Source: Candidatus Micrarchaeia archaeon (GTDB lineage Archaea > Micrarchaeota > Micrarchaeia > Anstonellales > Bilamarchaeaceae). Taken from it: a stretch of DNA of 18,058 nt. The position numbers and the translations under genes were made by a program. The notes below the pieces were generated by a model. The model did not search any database and was not told the DNA's origin. It saw nothing but the letters and a program-made list of their open reading frames with translations. Location: the NCBI GenBank assembly GCA_046538155.1, contig JBKHJL010000024.1, forward strand, positions 1-18,058. The letters are read 5' to 3'. Of the stretch, positions 6,481-15,865 are shown piece after piece; positions within the stretch are counted from its first letter, which is position 1; each line of letters begins with the position of its first letter.

Positions 6481-8373
6481 ATGTTGAAACCCGCAAAAAT
6501 GCAAAAGACCAGACTTGTTGCATTAAAGTCTGTTTCCCGCCCCCTCCTCTCAGAGCTTCACCGCCTTGGAATGCTTGAGATGCGCAGGTTCGGTGGGGAC
6601 GGATTTGAAAGCGGGAAGACCATGGAAATATATGACCGAATTTCCTCAAACATGGTAAGGCTGCGCTCCATCAAATCCATGCTCGGGCTTTCAGGGCAGC
6701 AGCCCCAGGACATTGAGATGGGCCTGGAGAAAACCCTCAAAGAAGCGGAGTCCTTTAATATTGAGGAGGGGCTCCAGGAGAAACATGCCCTTCTTGACAA
6801 AAAGGAAAACGAGATTTCAAACCTGGAATCACGGCTTGAAGACCTTAAGAAGCTTTCCAAGTTCAAAATTGATTTTTCAAAGCTTGATTCTGAAGCACTT
6901 TCTTTTTCAGTGGGCACTGTTCCCCTTGCAAAGCTGTCTTCCCTTAAGGCTGAGCTCAAGGGGGTGAGCCTGGATTCCCATGTTTCTGGAAGGGAAGGGG
7001 TATTGGTGGTGGCTTACCCAGCCGAAGATGCAAAGGTTGAGCTTATTCTGAGCAGGCACAGCTTTGTCCCTATAGATATTGAAGGGTTTACAACTCCTGC
7101 AGAAACCAGAAAGGAGCTACAGGAAAGGATATCAGAATTAAAGGTTGAAATAGAAGAGATAAAAGCAAACCTAAAGGAGCTTGTAAAGAAATACGGGGAA
7201 AAGGTTCTGAAGCTCAATTATGCGCTCGGCCTCTGGTCCGAGAGGATGCTTGCAACAAAGGAGATGGGTTTTGGCTCCAAGACTCTTATTATGGAGGGGT
7301 GGGTAAAGGCAGACAATTATGATTCTTTTGTGAACACCCTTAAAACAAAATTCGGGAGCAGGGTGTATGTTGAAAAAATATCTCCAGGGAAAGGGGAGTC
7401 CCCCCCGGTTGTCCTGGACAACCCCAAGGAAACTTATCCTGCCCAGTTCCTTGTGAAACTTTTCTCGCTTCCAAAATCCTCTGAAATTGACCCCACTATT
7501 ATACTCTATGTTACAGTCCCCCTGATTTACGGAATGATGCTGGGAGATGTATTCTACGGCCTGGTTTCATTCCTTCTCGCAGGATGGCTCATGACCAAGT
7601 GGAAGAAGGGCGGGCTCGGATACGGAGTTGCCTCAATCTGGAAATTCTCCGCGCTCGCAGGAATTGTTTTTGGGGTAATTTTTGATGAGTGGATGGGCAT
7701 GTCATCCTACCAGCTTCTCCTGCTTCTCCAGCAGTGGGGGTTGGTGAATCTTGCCTCCCTGGGCATAACTGGTCCATTGTATCATGGTTTCCACAGGGCT
7801 TCACAGGTATCCCTTCTTATCGGGCTGTCTGTGCTCCTTGGCCTGGTCCATCTGGCCCTTGGTTTCCTCTTGGGCGCAATAAACGAGTGGCACCACAACA
7901 AGAAGCATGCAATAGGGAAGCTTTCCTGGATTTTCATAGAGCTGGGCGGGTTCCTTGCAGTTAGCTCCATGATGTTCGGGATTTTCCCGGAGGCGGTTGG
8001 GATGGCTGGCGCCGGGCTTTTCGTGCTCTCAATGATCGTGATGGCATTCACTGAAGGTCCCATCGGGCTGATTGAGATTCCCGGCCTCCTCGGAAACGTG
8101 CTCTCATATGCCCGTATCGCTGCAGTGGGCCTGGTGGCCGTGCTGCTCGCAGAACTCATAAATACCACCTTTATTCCTGCACCCGAGCAGGGATTGGTTT
8201 ATGCGGTGCTTATGCTGCCGCTTTTGGTTCTTTTCCATATAATGAATATCGGCCTGGCAATGGTGGAGTGCGTTGTCCAGGGCGGCCGTCTCAATCTGGT
8301 GGAATTCTACGGAAAGTTCTTCCAGGGCGGCGGAAAGGAGTTCACTCCATTTGCAATAGGTGTTAAGAAGTAA
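6481..8373 (+). CDS. atpI: A1Ao/V-type ATP synthase subunit I (a)
   Basis: 630 aa with MLKPAKMQK, EGWV, PPVVLDNP, EIDPT, YGMMLGDVFYG, the essential Arg in LSYARI, and RLNLVEFYGKFFQGGGKEFTPF. Hydrophobic C-terminal half. Confidence 0.96.
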   Translation: MLKPAKMQKTRLVALKSVSRPLLSELHRLGMLEMRRFGGDGFESGKTMEIYDRISSNMVRLRSIKSMLGLSGQQPQDIEMGLEKTLKEAESFNIEEGLQEKHALLDKKENEISNLESRLEDLKKLSKFKIDFSKLDSEALSFSVGTVPLAKLSSLKAELKGVSLDSHVSGREGVLVVAYPAEDAKVELILSRHSFVPIDIEGFTTPAETRKELQERISELKVEIEEIKANLKELVKKYGEKVLKLNYALGLWSERMLATKEMGFGSKTLIMEGWVKADNYDSFVNTLKTKFGSRVYVEKISPGKGESPPVVLDNPKETYPAQFLVKLFSLPKSSEIDPTIILYVTVPLIYGMMLGDVFYGLVSFLLAGWLMTKWKKGGLGYGVASIWKFSALAGIVFGVIFDEWMGMSSYQLLLLLQQWGLVNLASLGITGPLYHGFHRASQVSLLIGLSVLLGLVHLALGFLLGAINEWHHNKKHAIGKLSWIFIELGGFLAVSSMMFGIFPEAVGMAGAGLFVLSMIVMAFTEGPIGLIEIPGLLGNVLSYARIAAVGLVAVLLAELINTTFIPAPEQGLVYAVLMLPLLVLFHIMNIGLAMVECVVQGGRLNLVEFYGKFFQGGGKEFTPFAIGVKK

Positions 8374-8391
8374 GAAAAAGTAGGTGAAAAT

Positions 8392-8631
8392 ATGGCAGAC
8401 TTTAGTATAGCGTCCGAAGGTCTTATTGGCCTTAGTGCAGGACTGGCGATTGGAATCGGAGCGCTCGCTACCGGTATGGCTCAGGCTTCCATTGGTTCAA
8501 CAGGTATGGGGCTCCTTGCGGAGAAACCCGAGGAATTCACGAAGGTTCTTATCTGCCTCGCGCTTCCGGAAACCCTGGTGATTCTTGGTTTCGTGATTGC
8601 GTTCCTGCTCATCGGCCAGATCGGTGCTTGA
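8392..8631 (+). CDS. atpK: A1Ao/V-type ATP synthase proteolipid subunit K (c), single hairpin
   Basis: 79 aa with two transmembrane helices, GLAIGIGALATGMAQ and LALPETLVILG, containing the ion-binding Glu60. SD AGGTGA upstream. Confidence 0.95.
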   Translation: MADFSIASEGLIGLSAGLAIGIGALATGMAQASIGSTGMGLLAEKPEEFTKVLICLALPETLVILGFVIAFLLIGQIGA

Positions 8632-8657
8632 GCTTTCCTCCCGAGGAAGGTGTGTGA

Positions 8658-9221
8658 ATGGGTATTGGCCATCTCACCGCCGATATTCTTGCGGAAGCAA
8701 GGAAGGAGGCGAAAGCGATAACCGATGAAGCGGAAGCAGAAAAGAAAAAGGTGATAAAGGAAGCCCGGCAAAAGGCAAAAGAGCGCCTCGCTGCTGCTGA
8801 AAAAAGCGCAGATGAGTTCGTGGAAGCCCAGAGGCGGGAGAGGGTAGCCTGGGCAAAGCTTGAAGCAAAAAAGATGGAAGGCGAAGCCAGGGAAACAGTA
8901 ATTTCCGAAGCAATGGACGGCCTTTACAAGAAGCTTTCAGGCTTCCGCAAGGACAAGCGGTACCCGGGGTTTCTGAAGGAGCGCGTGCAGGAGGCAATGG
9001 ACGAAATCCAGGTGGATAACCATACTGTGCACGTTTGCAAGGGGGATAAGAGCTACCTCAAGGGAATAAAAGCCACCATAAAGGAAGACCTTTCAGGAAT
9101 GGGTGGTGCGATTGTCGTTTCCCCCAACGGAAACGTACGGGTGGACTGCACGCTTTCTTCTCTTTTTGAAGAGAAGAGGGAGGTGCTTAGGAAGAAGCTC
9201 TATGAGCGACTCTTTGGGTGA
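8658..9221 (+). CDS. atpE: A1Ao/V-type ATP synthase subunit E
   Basis: N-terminal coiled coil (ILAEARKEAKAI) and C-terminal MGGAIV.SPNG.VRVDCTL...LFG. Canonical operon position. Confidence 0.92.
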   Translation: MGIGHLTADILAEARKEAKAITDEAEAEKKKVIKEARQKAKERLAAAEKSADEFVEAQRRERVAWAKLEAKKMEGEARETVISEAMDGLYKKLSGFRKDKRYPGFLKERVQEAMDEIQVDNHTVHVCKGDKSYLKGIKATIKEDLSGMGGAIVVSPNGNVRVDCTLSSLFEEKREVLRKKLYERLFG

Positions 9222-9227
9222 GCATGA

Positions 9228-10346
9228 ATGAATCCGCTTGATGCATTAGGGAAACTTTTCTACAACCGCCAGCTTACCTATGGGTATGCAGCAACCAGGG
9301 TAAGGGCGAGAAAGGCCCTGCTCCTGCAAAAGTCATTTTATGAGGACCTCCTTAACCAGAGGACCTTTGATGGAATGATTGGGATGCTTGAGCGGACATA
9401 TTACAAGAAAGTGCTCACCGGAGGGGTGCTGCAGGATTATTTCACACCCGGGCAGGGTTCCCGTTTCATTGAAATGGCCGCGGAGATACATTATAAGGAC
9501 GTGGTCAACAAAGTGAGGAGCTTTACCCCTGAGGATGGCCTCCCTGTGCTGAATATGCTGATGCGCAAGTGGGATATCCTGAACCTCCGCACCATAATTT
9601 CTTCCCGGAGGATGGGCAAGAGATGGGACGATATTTATCCATATCTGGTTTCAGCGGGAGAGCTCTCGATTTCCGAGTTGAAAAGGATTGCGGAAAGCGA
9701 CCCGGAAAAGCTCTACGTGAGGATAAGGGCAACCCCGGTAGGGAGGCAGATTCTCTCCCAGTCCAGCAAGGGCCTGAGAGGCACTGAGCTTGAGCAGATG
9801 TTCATAAAGGCAGTAAAGAATACAGAAGTGCTGAATCAGCTCCAGATAATCCTGGATGCCAGCTATTACAATTATCTGGAGGGGAGCATAGTTTCTTCCG
9901 ACAGGGATATTGTCTGGATTAAGAATATTGTTTCAAAGGAAATAGACCTCAGAAACATAATCAATGTCCTCCGCCTCAAGGAACATGGGGTGAAGGAAGT
10001 TTCAAAGATTGAGCCCCACCTTATAAAGGGAGGCAGGGCTCGCGCAGGATACATAGAGGAGCTTATCAAGACAGGTAGTTACAAGGATGTAGTCCAGCTT
10101 ATCAGGCCACTATTTAAGCTTGAAAAAGAAGAGTATGGCTCCCTCGCGGAGCTTGAGACCGCGATGCAGCAGCAGCTTGCAAAGGAGAGGGTCAGGATTT
10201 TCTACCGCAACCCTGTGTCTATTGCAACAATTGTAGGATTCCTCCTGATAAAGGAGGAGGAGATGAATAATCTGCGCAAAATTGTAAGGGGCAAGGACTA
10301 CCACCTTTCCCCTGAGGAGATAAAACCAATGCTTGTATATTGCTGA
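9228..10346 (+). CDS. atpC: A1Ao/V-type ATP synthase subunit C
   Basis: YGYAATRVRARKALLL, KWDILNLRTII, EIDLRNIINVLRLK and KEEEMNNLRKIVRGK. Located between E and F. Confidence 0.92.
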   Translation: MNPLDALGKLFYNRQLTYGYAATRVRARKALLLQKSFYEDLLNQRTFDGMIGMLERTYYKKVLTGGVLQDYFTPGQGSRFIEMAAEIHYKDVVNKVRSFTPEDGLPVLNMLMRKWDILNLRTIISSRRMGKRWDDIYPYLVSAGELSISELKRIAESDPEKLYVRIRATPVGRQILSQSSKGLRGTELEQMFIKAVKNTEVLNQLQIILDASYYNYLEGSIVSSDRDIVWIKNIVSKEIDLRNIINVLRLKEHGVKEVSKIEPHLIKGGRARAGYIEELIKTGSYKDVVQLIRPLFKLEKEEYGSLAELETAMQQQLAKERVRIFYRNPVSIATIVGFLLIKEEEMNNLRKIVRGKDYHLSPEEIKPMLVYC

Positions 10347-10354
10347 GGTGCAAA

Positions 10355-10678
10355 ATGTCTGAAAGGATTGCAGTGATTGGAGATGCAGCCCTTGCAACCG
10401 GATTCCGGTTGGCAGGGCTCTACCATGTACATGTTGTCAAGGATGGAAAGGAGTTTGAGGAAAAGCTCAGGAGAGTTATTGAGGACCCCAAATTCGGCAT
10501 CGTAATCGTGAACGAATCCTATCTTCCTGGAATAGACTGGAGACTCAGGAAGAAGATGGACAATCTTGCACATCCAGTTGTTATAGGCGTGGCAGACATC
10601 TCAGGAAAGACAGAAGAGGGCGAAGACTTGAGCGAGTTGATCAAGAAGGCCCTTGGTTTTGACGTTTCAAAAGGGTGA
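10355..10678 (+). CDS. atpF: A1Ao/V-type ATP synthase subunit F
   Basis: IAVIGD....TGFRLAG and LIKKALGFD. Start placed at ATG 10355 after SD GAGGTG. Confidence 0.93.
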   Translation: MSERIAVIGDAALATGFRLAGLYHVHVVKDGKEFEEKLRRVIEDPKFGIVIVNESYLPGIDWRLRKKMDNLAHPVVIGVADISGKTEEGEDLSELIKKALGFDVSKG

Positions 10679-10683
10679 TATGA

Positions 10684-12435
10684 ATGGCAGTTAATGGAAA
10701 GCTTTCGCGCATTACCGGTCCGGTTGTTGTGGCCAAGGACCTTAAGGGCGCAAAGCTCTACGACGTTGTAAAAGTCGGAGAGGAAAAGCTCGTAGGAGAG
10801 ATTATCAAAATTGTAGGCAACGAATCAGTTGTCCAGGTTTACGAAGACACTGCAGGCCTCAAACCGGGTGAAAAGGTTATTTCCACAGGCCAGCCGCTTT
10901 CAGTTGAGCTCGGGCCAGGAATACTCCGCTCTTTCTATGACGGTATCCAGAGGCCCCTGGACAAGATAGAGCAGGCTGCAGGCGCATTTATTACCCGCGG
11001 TATTGATGTTCCTCCCCTTGACCATAAGAAAAAATGGGATTTTAAGGCAACAAGAAAGAAAGGGGAGAAGGTGGAGGCAGGAGACATCCTGGGAGAGGTA
11101 AAGGAGACTGGTGTGATTACCCACAGGATACTTGCAACTGAATCAGGAAAGCTAACAGACATAAGTTCAGGAAAGTATACTCTTGATGACCAGATTGGCA
11201 TCATTGAAGCGCGGGACAGGAAGCACCCCGCAAAGCTTTACCACAATTGGGTTGTAAGGAAACCCCGTCCCTACCGTGAGAAGTTTCCCCCTGTAGTGCC
11301 TCTTTCCACAGGGATGAGGATTGTGGATACATTCTTTCCAATTGCAAAGGGAGGAACCGCGTGCATTCCCGGTCCTTTTGGTTCGGGGAAAACGGTTACC
11401 CAGCAGTCTCTTGCAAAATGGTCTGATGCTGAAATTGTGGTTTATATCGGATGCGGAGAGCGCGGAAACGAGATGACAGAGGTGCTAAACGAGTTTCCCA
11501 AGCTTATTGACCCGAAGACAGGAAAGCCCCTCATGGAGCGCACGGTGTTGATTGCAAATACTTCAAACATGCCGGTTGCCGCACGTGAGGCATCCATTTA
11601 TACTGGAATCACTCTTGCAGAGTATTACCGTGACATGGGATACGGTGTTTCCCTGATGGCTGATTCCACTTCAAGGTGGGCAGAGGCCCTGCGTGAGATT
11701 TCCGGGCGCCTGGAGGAGATGCCCGGGGAGGAAGGTTACCCCGCATACCTTGCGCGCAAGCTCGCAGAGTTCTACGAGCGTGCAGGGAGGATAAAAACTC
11801 TCGGCTCCCCTGACCGCGAAGGAAACGTAACAGTTATTGGTGCGGTTTCTCCTCCCGGAGGAGACATTTCCGAGCCGGTTTCCCAGAACACCCTCCGCGT
11901 AACCAAGGTTTTCCTTGCCCTGGACTCTTCCCTTGCCCAGAGGAGGCACTTCCCTGCCATCCACTGGCTGAAGAGCTATTCTCTTTACACGGAAACCCTT
12001 GACCCATGGTATGAGGAGAACATTGCTGCAGACTGGCCCAGTCTTCGCAACAATGCGATGGCTCTTCTCCAGAAGGAAGCAGAGCTCCAGGAAATTGTAC
12101 AACTGGTCGGGCCAGATGCTCTCCCTGAAAAAGAGCAGGCAGTCCTCCTGGTCGCGAAGATGATTCGTGAAGATTATCTCCAGCAGTCTGCATTCCACGA
12201 GGTTGATGCATTTGCAACAATGAAGAAGCAGCACGCAATGCTCAAGACCATCATGAGGTTCCATGAGCGTGCAATGGGCGCCATTGACCTCGGCATCCAG
12301 CTCAAGACAATTACCGGAATGAAGGTCCGGGAGAAGATTGGCAGGATGAAAGAGATTCCCGAAGACAAGCTCAAGGATATTGAAGCTGTCTACAAGGAAG
12401 TGGACAGTGAGTTTGATGGCCTCAGGAAGGAGTAG
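10684..12435 (+). CDS. atpA: A1Ao/V-type ATP synthase catalytic subunit A
   Basis: 583 aa with Walker [63 protein letters not shown] and RRHFPAI. No intein. Confidence 0.98.
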   Translation: MAVNGKLSRITGPVVVAKDLKGAKLYDVVKVGEEKLVGEIIKIVGNESVVQVYEDTAGLKPGEKVISTGQPLSVELGPGILRSFYDGIQRPLDKIEQAAGAFITRGIDVPPLDHKKKWDFKATRKKGEKVEAGDILGEVKETGVITHRILATESGKLTDISSGKYTLDDQIGIIEARDRKHPAKLYHNWVVRKPRPYREKFPPVVPLSTGMRIVDTFFPIAKGGTACIPGPFGSGKTVTQQSLAKWSDAEIVVYIGCGERGNEMTEVLNEFPKLIDPKTGKPLMERTVLIANTSNMPVAAREASIYTGITLAEYYRDMGYGVSLMADSTSRWAEALREISGRLEEMPGEEGYPAYLARKLAEFYERAGRIKTLGSPDREGNVTVIGAVSPPGGDISEPVSQNTLRVTKVFLALDSSLAQRRHFPAIHWLKSYSLYTETLDPWYEENIAADWPSLRNNAMALLQKEAELQEIVQLVGPDALPEKEQAVLLVAKMIREDYLQQSAFHEVDAFATMKKQHAMLKTIMRFHERAMGAIDLGIQLKTITGMKVREKIGRMKEIPEDKLKDIEAVYKEVDSEFDGLRKE

Positions 12436-12443
12436 GTGATACT

Positions 12444-13844
12444 ATGAAGGAATACAAAACAGTTTCACAGATTGCCGGTCCCCTTGTGTTCGTTGACAAT
12501 GTTGTAGGTGTCGGATACAATGAGCTGGTTGAGGTAACCCTGCCCAGTGGGGAAAGGCAGAAGGGACAGGTCCTTGATGTGAGCGAAAATGTCGCGGTTG
12601 TCCAGGTTTTTGGAGGAACTTCTGGCCTGAACACTTCCGACACTTCAGTGAAATTCCTCGGGGAAACCATGCACCTGGGAGTTTCCGAGGACATGCTCGG
12701 CCGTGTTTTTACCGGTCTGGGCGAGCCCCGCGACAATGCCCCCAAGCCGGTTGCAGAGGACAGGCTGGACATCTCGGGTGCGGCAATAAACCCATACTCC
12801 CGTGAAGAGCCCCGCGATTTCATCCAGACAGGAATTTCAACAATTGACTGCATGAACACGCTTGTGAGAGGGCAGAAGCTCCCGATTTTTTCTGCTTCCG
12901 GGCTTCCCCACAATCAGCTTGCAGTGCAGATTGCAAGGCAGTCCAAGACAAAGGACCAGAAGGAGGAGTTTGCGGTTGTTTTTGCAGCTGTGGGAATTAC
13001 CCACGAAGAGGCATCTTACTTTATGCGTGATTTTGAGAAGACCGGCGCACTTGAGCGCGCAGTCCTTTTTCTGAATCTTGCAGATGACCCTTCTGTGGAA
13101 CGTATCATTACTCCCCGCCTTGCCCTTACTACTGCAGAATATCTGGCTTTTGAGAAGGGTATGCACGTGCTGGTAATCATTACGGACATGACCAACTACT
13201 GCGAAGCGCTGCGTGAGATTGCTTCTGCAAGGCAGGAGGTTCCGGGCCGCCGTGGCTATCCTGGATACATGTACACTGACCTGTCCACAATTTATGAGCG
13301 TGCAGGAAGGATAAAGGGGCGCAAGGGAACAGTAACTCAATTCCCCATTCTTACCATGCCCGGAGACGATATTACGCATCCGATTCCTGATCTTACAGGC
13401 TACATTACTGAGGGACAGATTGTGCTTTCCCGTGATCTCCATAGGAAGAACATCGCTCCCCCAGTTGACCCGCTTCCTTCCCTTTCCAGGCTCATGAATC
13501 TGGGAATCGGAAAGGGAAGCACCCGTGAGGACCACAAAGGGGTTGCGGACCAGCTTTATGCTGCATATGCAAATGGGCGTGACCTCAGGAGCCTGAGCGC
13601 GGTTGTTGGTGAGGAGTCCCTCACTGATATAGACAGGAAGTATCTCCGCTTTGCAGATGAATTTGAGAACATGTTCATCATGCAGGGCAACACAGAGGAC
13701 CGCATAATAGAGCAGACGCTTGACCTTGGCTGGGAGCTGCTTTCAGTACTTCCCGAGGAGGAGCTCAAGCGTGTAAAGCTGGACTTTATAAAGAAATACG
13801 GGGAAAAGTTCAGAAAGAAAGAGAAAGAAGAGAAAAAAGGATAG
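12444..13844 (+). CDS. atpB: A1Ao/V-type ATP synthase subunit B
   Basis: 466 aa with [44 protein letters not shown] and [16 protein letters not shown]. Confidence 0.98.
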   Translation: MKEYKTVSQIAGPLVFVDNVVGVGYNELVEVTLPSGERQKGQVLDVSENVAVVQVFGGTSGLNTSDTSVKFLGETMHLGVSEDMLGRVFTGLGEPRDNAPKPVAEDRLDISGAAINPYSREEPRDFIQTGISTIDCMNTLVRGQKLPIFSASGLPHNQLAVQIARQSKTKDQKEEFAVVFAAVGITHEEASYFMRDFEKTGALERAVLFLNLADDPSVERIITPRLALTTAEYLAFEKGMHVLVIITDMTNYCEALREIASARQEVPGRRGYPGYMYTDLSTIYERAGRIKGRKGTVTQFPILTMPGDDITHPIPDLTGYITEGQIVLSRDLHRKNIAPPVDPLPSLSRLMNLGIGKGSTREDHKGVADQLYAAYANGRDLRSLSAVVGEESLTDIDRKYLRFADEFENMFIMQGNTEDRIIEQTLDLGWELLSVLPEEELKRVKLDFIKKYGEKFRKKEKEEKKG

Positions 13845-13853
13845 GCGGTAAGC

Positions 13854-14504
13854 ATGGCTGAGAAAGCTAACCCAACCAGGATGGAACTGCTTAAGACCAA
13901 GTCCAGGATTAAGCTCGCAAAAAACGGGCACAATCTTCTTAAGCAGAAGAGGGACGCCCTCATAATGGAGTTCTTCAAAATCCTCAAAAAGGCGAAGGAT
14001 TTGCGCGGGGAGCTCAACGAGAAGATGAGGAAGGCCTACAATTCTCTCTCCATTGCCCATGCATATCACACAACCTTTGAGCTTGAATCCATTGCCTCCA
14101 GCCTTGAGCAGGACCTCGGGCTTGAGGTGAAGTCCAAGAACGTAATGGGTGTCCGCATCCCTGAGATAAAGGAAGAGATTGAGGAAAGGAAGTTCGGGGA
14201 GCGCGGCTACTCCATAATGGCCACATCTGCCAAGGTTGATGACGTAGTTGAGGATTTCGGAAGCGTGCTTAGGGTGGTGGTAACTCTTGCAGAAACAGAG
14301 ACTGCAATAAAGCGCCTCATAACGGAGATTGAGAAGACCAAGAGGCGCGTAAATGCACTTGAGTTTGTTGTGATCCCACGTCTTGAAAAGCAAAGGGACG
14401 ATATTATTTTCAGGCTTGAGGAGATGGAGCGTGATTCATTTGTTTCCCTCAAGGTAATCAAGAAGCGCCTTGAAGAAGAGGCCGCCAGCAAGGAGGCCGC
14501 ATAA
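13854..14504 (+). CDS. atpD: A1Ao/V-type ATP synthase subunit D
   Basis: NPTRMELL, GHNLLKQKRDALI, NVMGVRIP and EIEKTKRRVNALEFVVIP. Confidence 0.97.
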   Translation: MAEKANPTRMELLKTKSRIKLAKNGHNLLKQKRDALIMEFFKILKKAKDLRGELNEKMRKAYNSLSIAHAYHTTFELESIASSLEQDLGLEVKSKNVMGVRIPEIKEEIEERKFGERGYSIMATSAKVDDVVEDFGSVLRVVVTLAETETAIKRLITEIEKTKRRVNALEFVVIPRLEKQRDDIIFRLEEMERDSFVSLKVIKKRLEEEAASKEAA

Positions 14505-14974
14505 TGGGTACAAAAACCCTTTCCAAGCGTGAAATAAAAGAGCTTTCCCCGCAAATTTCTTCTCTTGTTTCTGTTTCCCCGAAGCAGAAGGTGGAAATTA
14601 TCCAGGAGGATAGATACACAATTCTTTCTGTGGATGATGAGCCTCTTCTTTTCAGGTTTGAGGATAAATGGCTCCCGCTTTTGCGCCAGCTTTTTTCAGG
14701 CGGCATTTCCCCAGATTACCCCAGGGTTACAGTAGATATGGGCGCAGTTAAGTTTGTTGCAAACGGGGCAGACATCATGCGTCCAGGGATTACCCATGTT
14801 GATGATGGGATTTCAGCCGGAGACCCAGTTCTGATTGTTGACGAAATCCATGGAAAAACTCTTGCAATAGGGGTTGCTCTTTTTTCTTCTGAAGAAATCC
14901 GCGGCCGCGAAGACGGAAAGGTAATCAGGAGCGCCCATGCAGCAGGGGACCGCCTCTGGGAGCTCACCAGGTAA
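14504..14974 (+). CDS. PUA-domain RNA-binding protein with a pre-PUA N-terminus (MCT-1/Tma20-like)
   Basis: LSKREIKEL N-terminus. PUA motif VTVDMGAVKFVANGADIMRPGI...GKTLAIG...GKVI...H..GD.LW. TAATG overlap with the atpD stop. Confidence 0.9.
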   Translation: MGTKTLSKREIKELSPQISSLVSVSPKQKVEIIQEDRYTILSVDDEPLLFRFEDKWLPLLRQLFSGGISPDYPRVTVDMGAVKFVANGADIMRPGITHVDDGISAGDPVLIVDEIHGKTLAIGVALFSSEEIRGREDGKVIRSAHAAGDRLWELTR

Positions 14975-15401
14975 ATATTTTTCCCAGAAGCGCAGAAACC
15001 CACTTTTCAAAAAACAGTTCTTTCTTTTTTTCCTGCCTTTTTGCATCTTTCAGGTTAATCCATCTGAACCCTGAGAATTTTTCCGCGGGACTACACTTCA
15101 TTTTCTTTGCAGTAACCCTGAAAACAAGCAGGGGAACCCATTTTTTATATTTCCTGCTTCCCGCATTGTACTTTCCCTCAAAAATTACTTCATGTATCTC
15201 CCCGTCTATTCCTGTTTCCTCTTCAAATACCCTGTCTATCTCAGATACCGGGTCCGCCCCTCCGCGGATTTTTACAAACGGAAGCACCAGCCTCTTTTTT
15301 CCATGCCTCTCTTTTTCAAGGAACAGCACTCTTCCTCCGTCTTCCAGCATCCCGCAGGCAACCGCCTTTGGATAAGTTACTGGTTTTTTCCTCCTCCCCA
15401 T
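14964..15401 (-). CDS. Nudix-fold protein with a degenerate Nudix box
   Basis: DGGRVLFL strand, LP........DP.....RVFEEETGI, and a late FRWI motif typical of MutT-like proteins. The stop overlaps the end of the PUA gene by 11 nt. Confidence 0.75.
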   Translation of the reverse strand: MGRRKKPVTYPKAVACGMLEDGGRVLFLEKERHGKKRLVLPFVKIRGGADPVSEIDRVFEEETGIDGEIHEVIFEGKYNAGSRKYKKWVPLLVFRVTAKKMKCSPAEKFSGFRWINLKDAKRQEKKKELFFEKWVSALLGKIFTW

Positions 15402-15414
15402 AAATAAACATTCC

Positions 15415-15834
15415 TCAGAAGCGCGTCCGTCTTCCCTTTCCGCGGGGCCTGCCCGCTCCTCGGCCTTCTGTGGGCCTGCATCCTTCTCTTCCCCTGTTTG
15501 CCCTTACTCCTTTTCCTGAGCCATCTCTTTTTGGAACTCCTTTTTCTGAAACCACATAATCGCCTCCTTCTATAATTATTTCCTTCCCGTTTACGAGTGC
15601 GTCAGCAATCTTTTTTCTTGCCGCCTCAAGGATTCTGCAGAAGGTTGGCTGGGAAACGTCCATTTCTTCTGCTGCCTTTTTCTGCTCATTGCCCTCCAGG
15701 TCCTTCAGCCTCAGTGCTTCAAACTCGTCCACGCTCAGGCAGACTGCTGCACCCTCGGGCAACAAACCACAGGGGCCGAATTTTGAGTAGTGGGGTTCTT
15801 TCCAGACCCTGCGGAATCTTCTTCCTCTTGGCAT
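15415..15834 (-). CDS. DUF134 (UPF0251) helix-turn-helix protein with an Arg/Gly-rich C-terminal tail
   Basis: MPRGRRFRRV...F.P and LSVDEFEALRLKDLEG.EQ..AAEEMDVSQPTF.RIL..ARKKIADALVNGK.I.IEGG are the DUF134 signature. Confidence 0.92.
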   Translation of the reverse strand: MPRGRRFRRVWKEPHYSKFGPCGLLPEGAAVCLSVDEFEALRLKDLEGNEQKKAAEEMDVSQPTFCRILEAARKKIADALVNGKEIIIEGGDYVVSEKGVPKRDGSGKGVRANRGREGCRPTEGRGAGRPRGKGRRTRF

Positions 15835-15852
15835 GCAGTAATAGGCGTTAAC

Positions 15853-15863
15853 CTCTTTTTAAA
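15853..15863 (-). promoter_or_regulatory. TATA box, likely leaderless promoter of DUF134-Nudix
   Basis: Minus-strand TTTAAAAAGAG, with the TATA ending 22 nt upstream of the ATG at 15834. The same 11-mer occurs at 6096-6106. Confidence 0.55.
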
Positions 15864-15865
15864 TT

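Noticed and set aside
11360..11410. Intein at the Walker A region of ATPase subunit A
   Set aside because: [12 protein letters not shown] is continuous and the protein is a normal 583 aa.
14964..14974. 11 nt tail-to-tail overlap of the PUA and Nudix genes as an antisense system
   Set aside because: Short convergent overlaps are routine in compact genomes, and no further supporting structure is seen.
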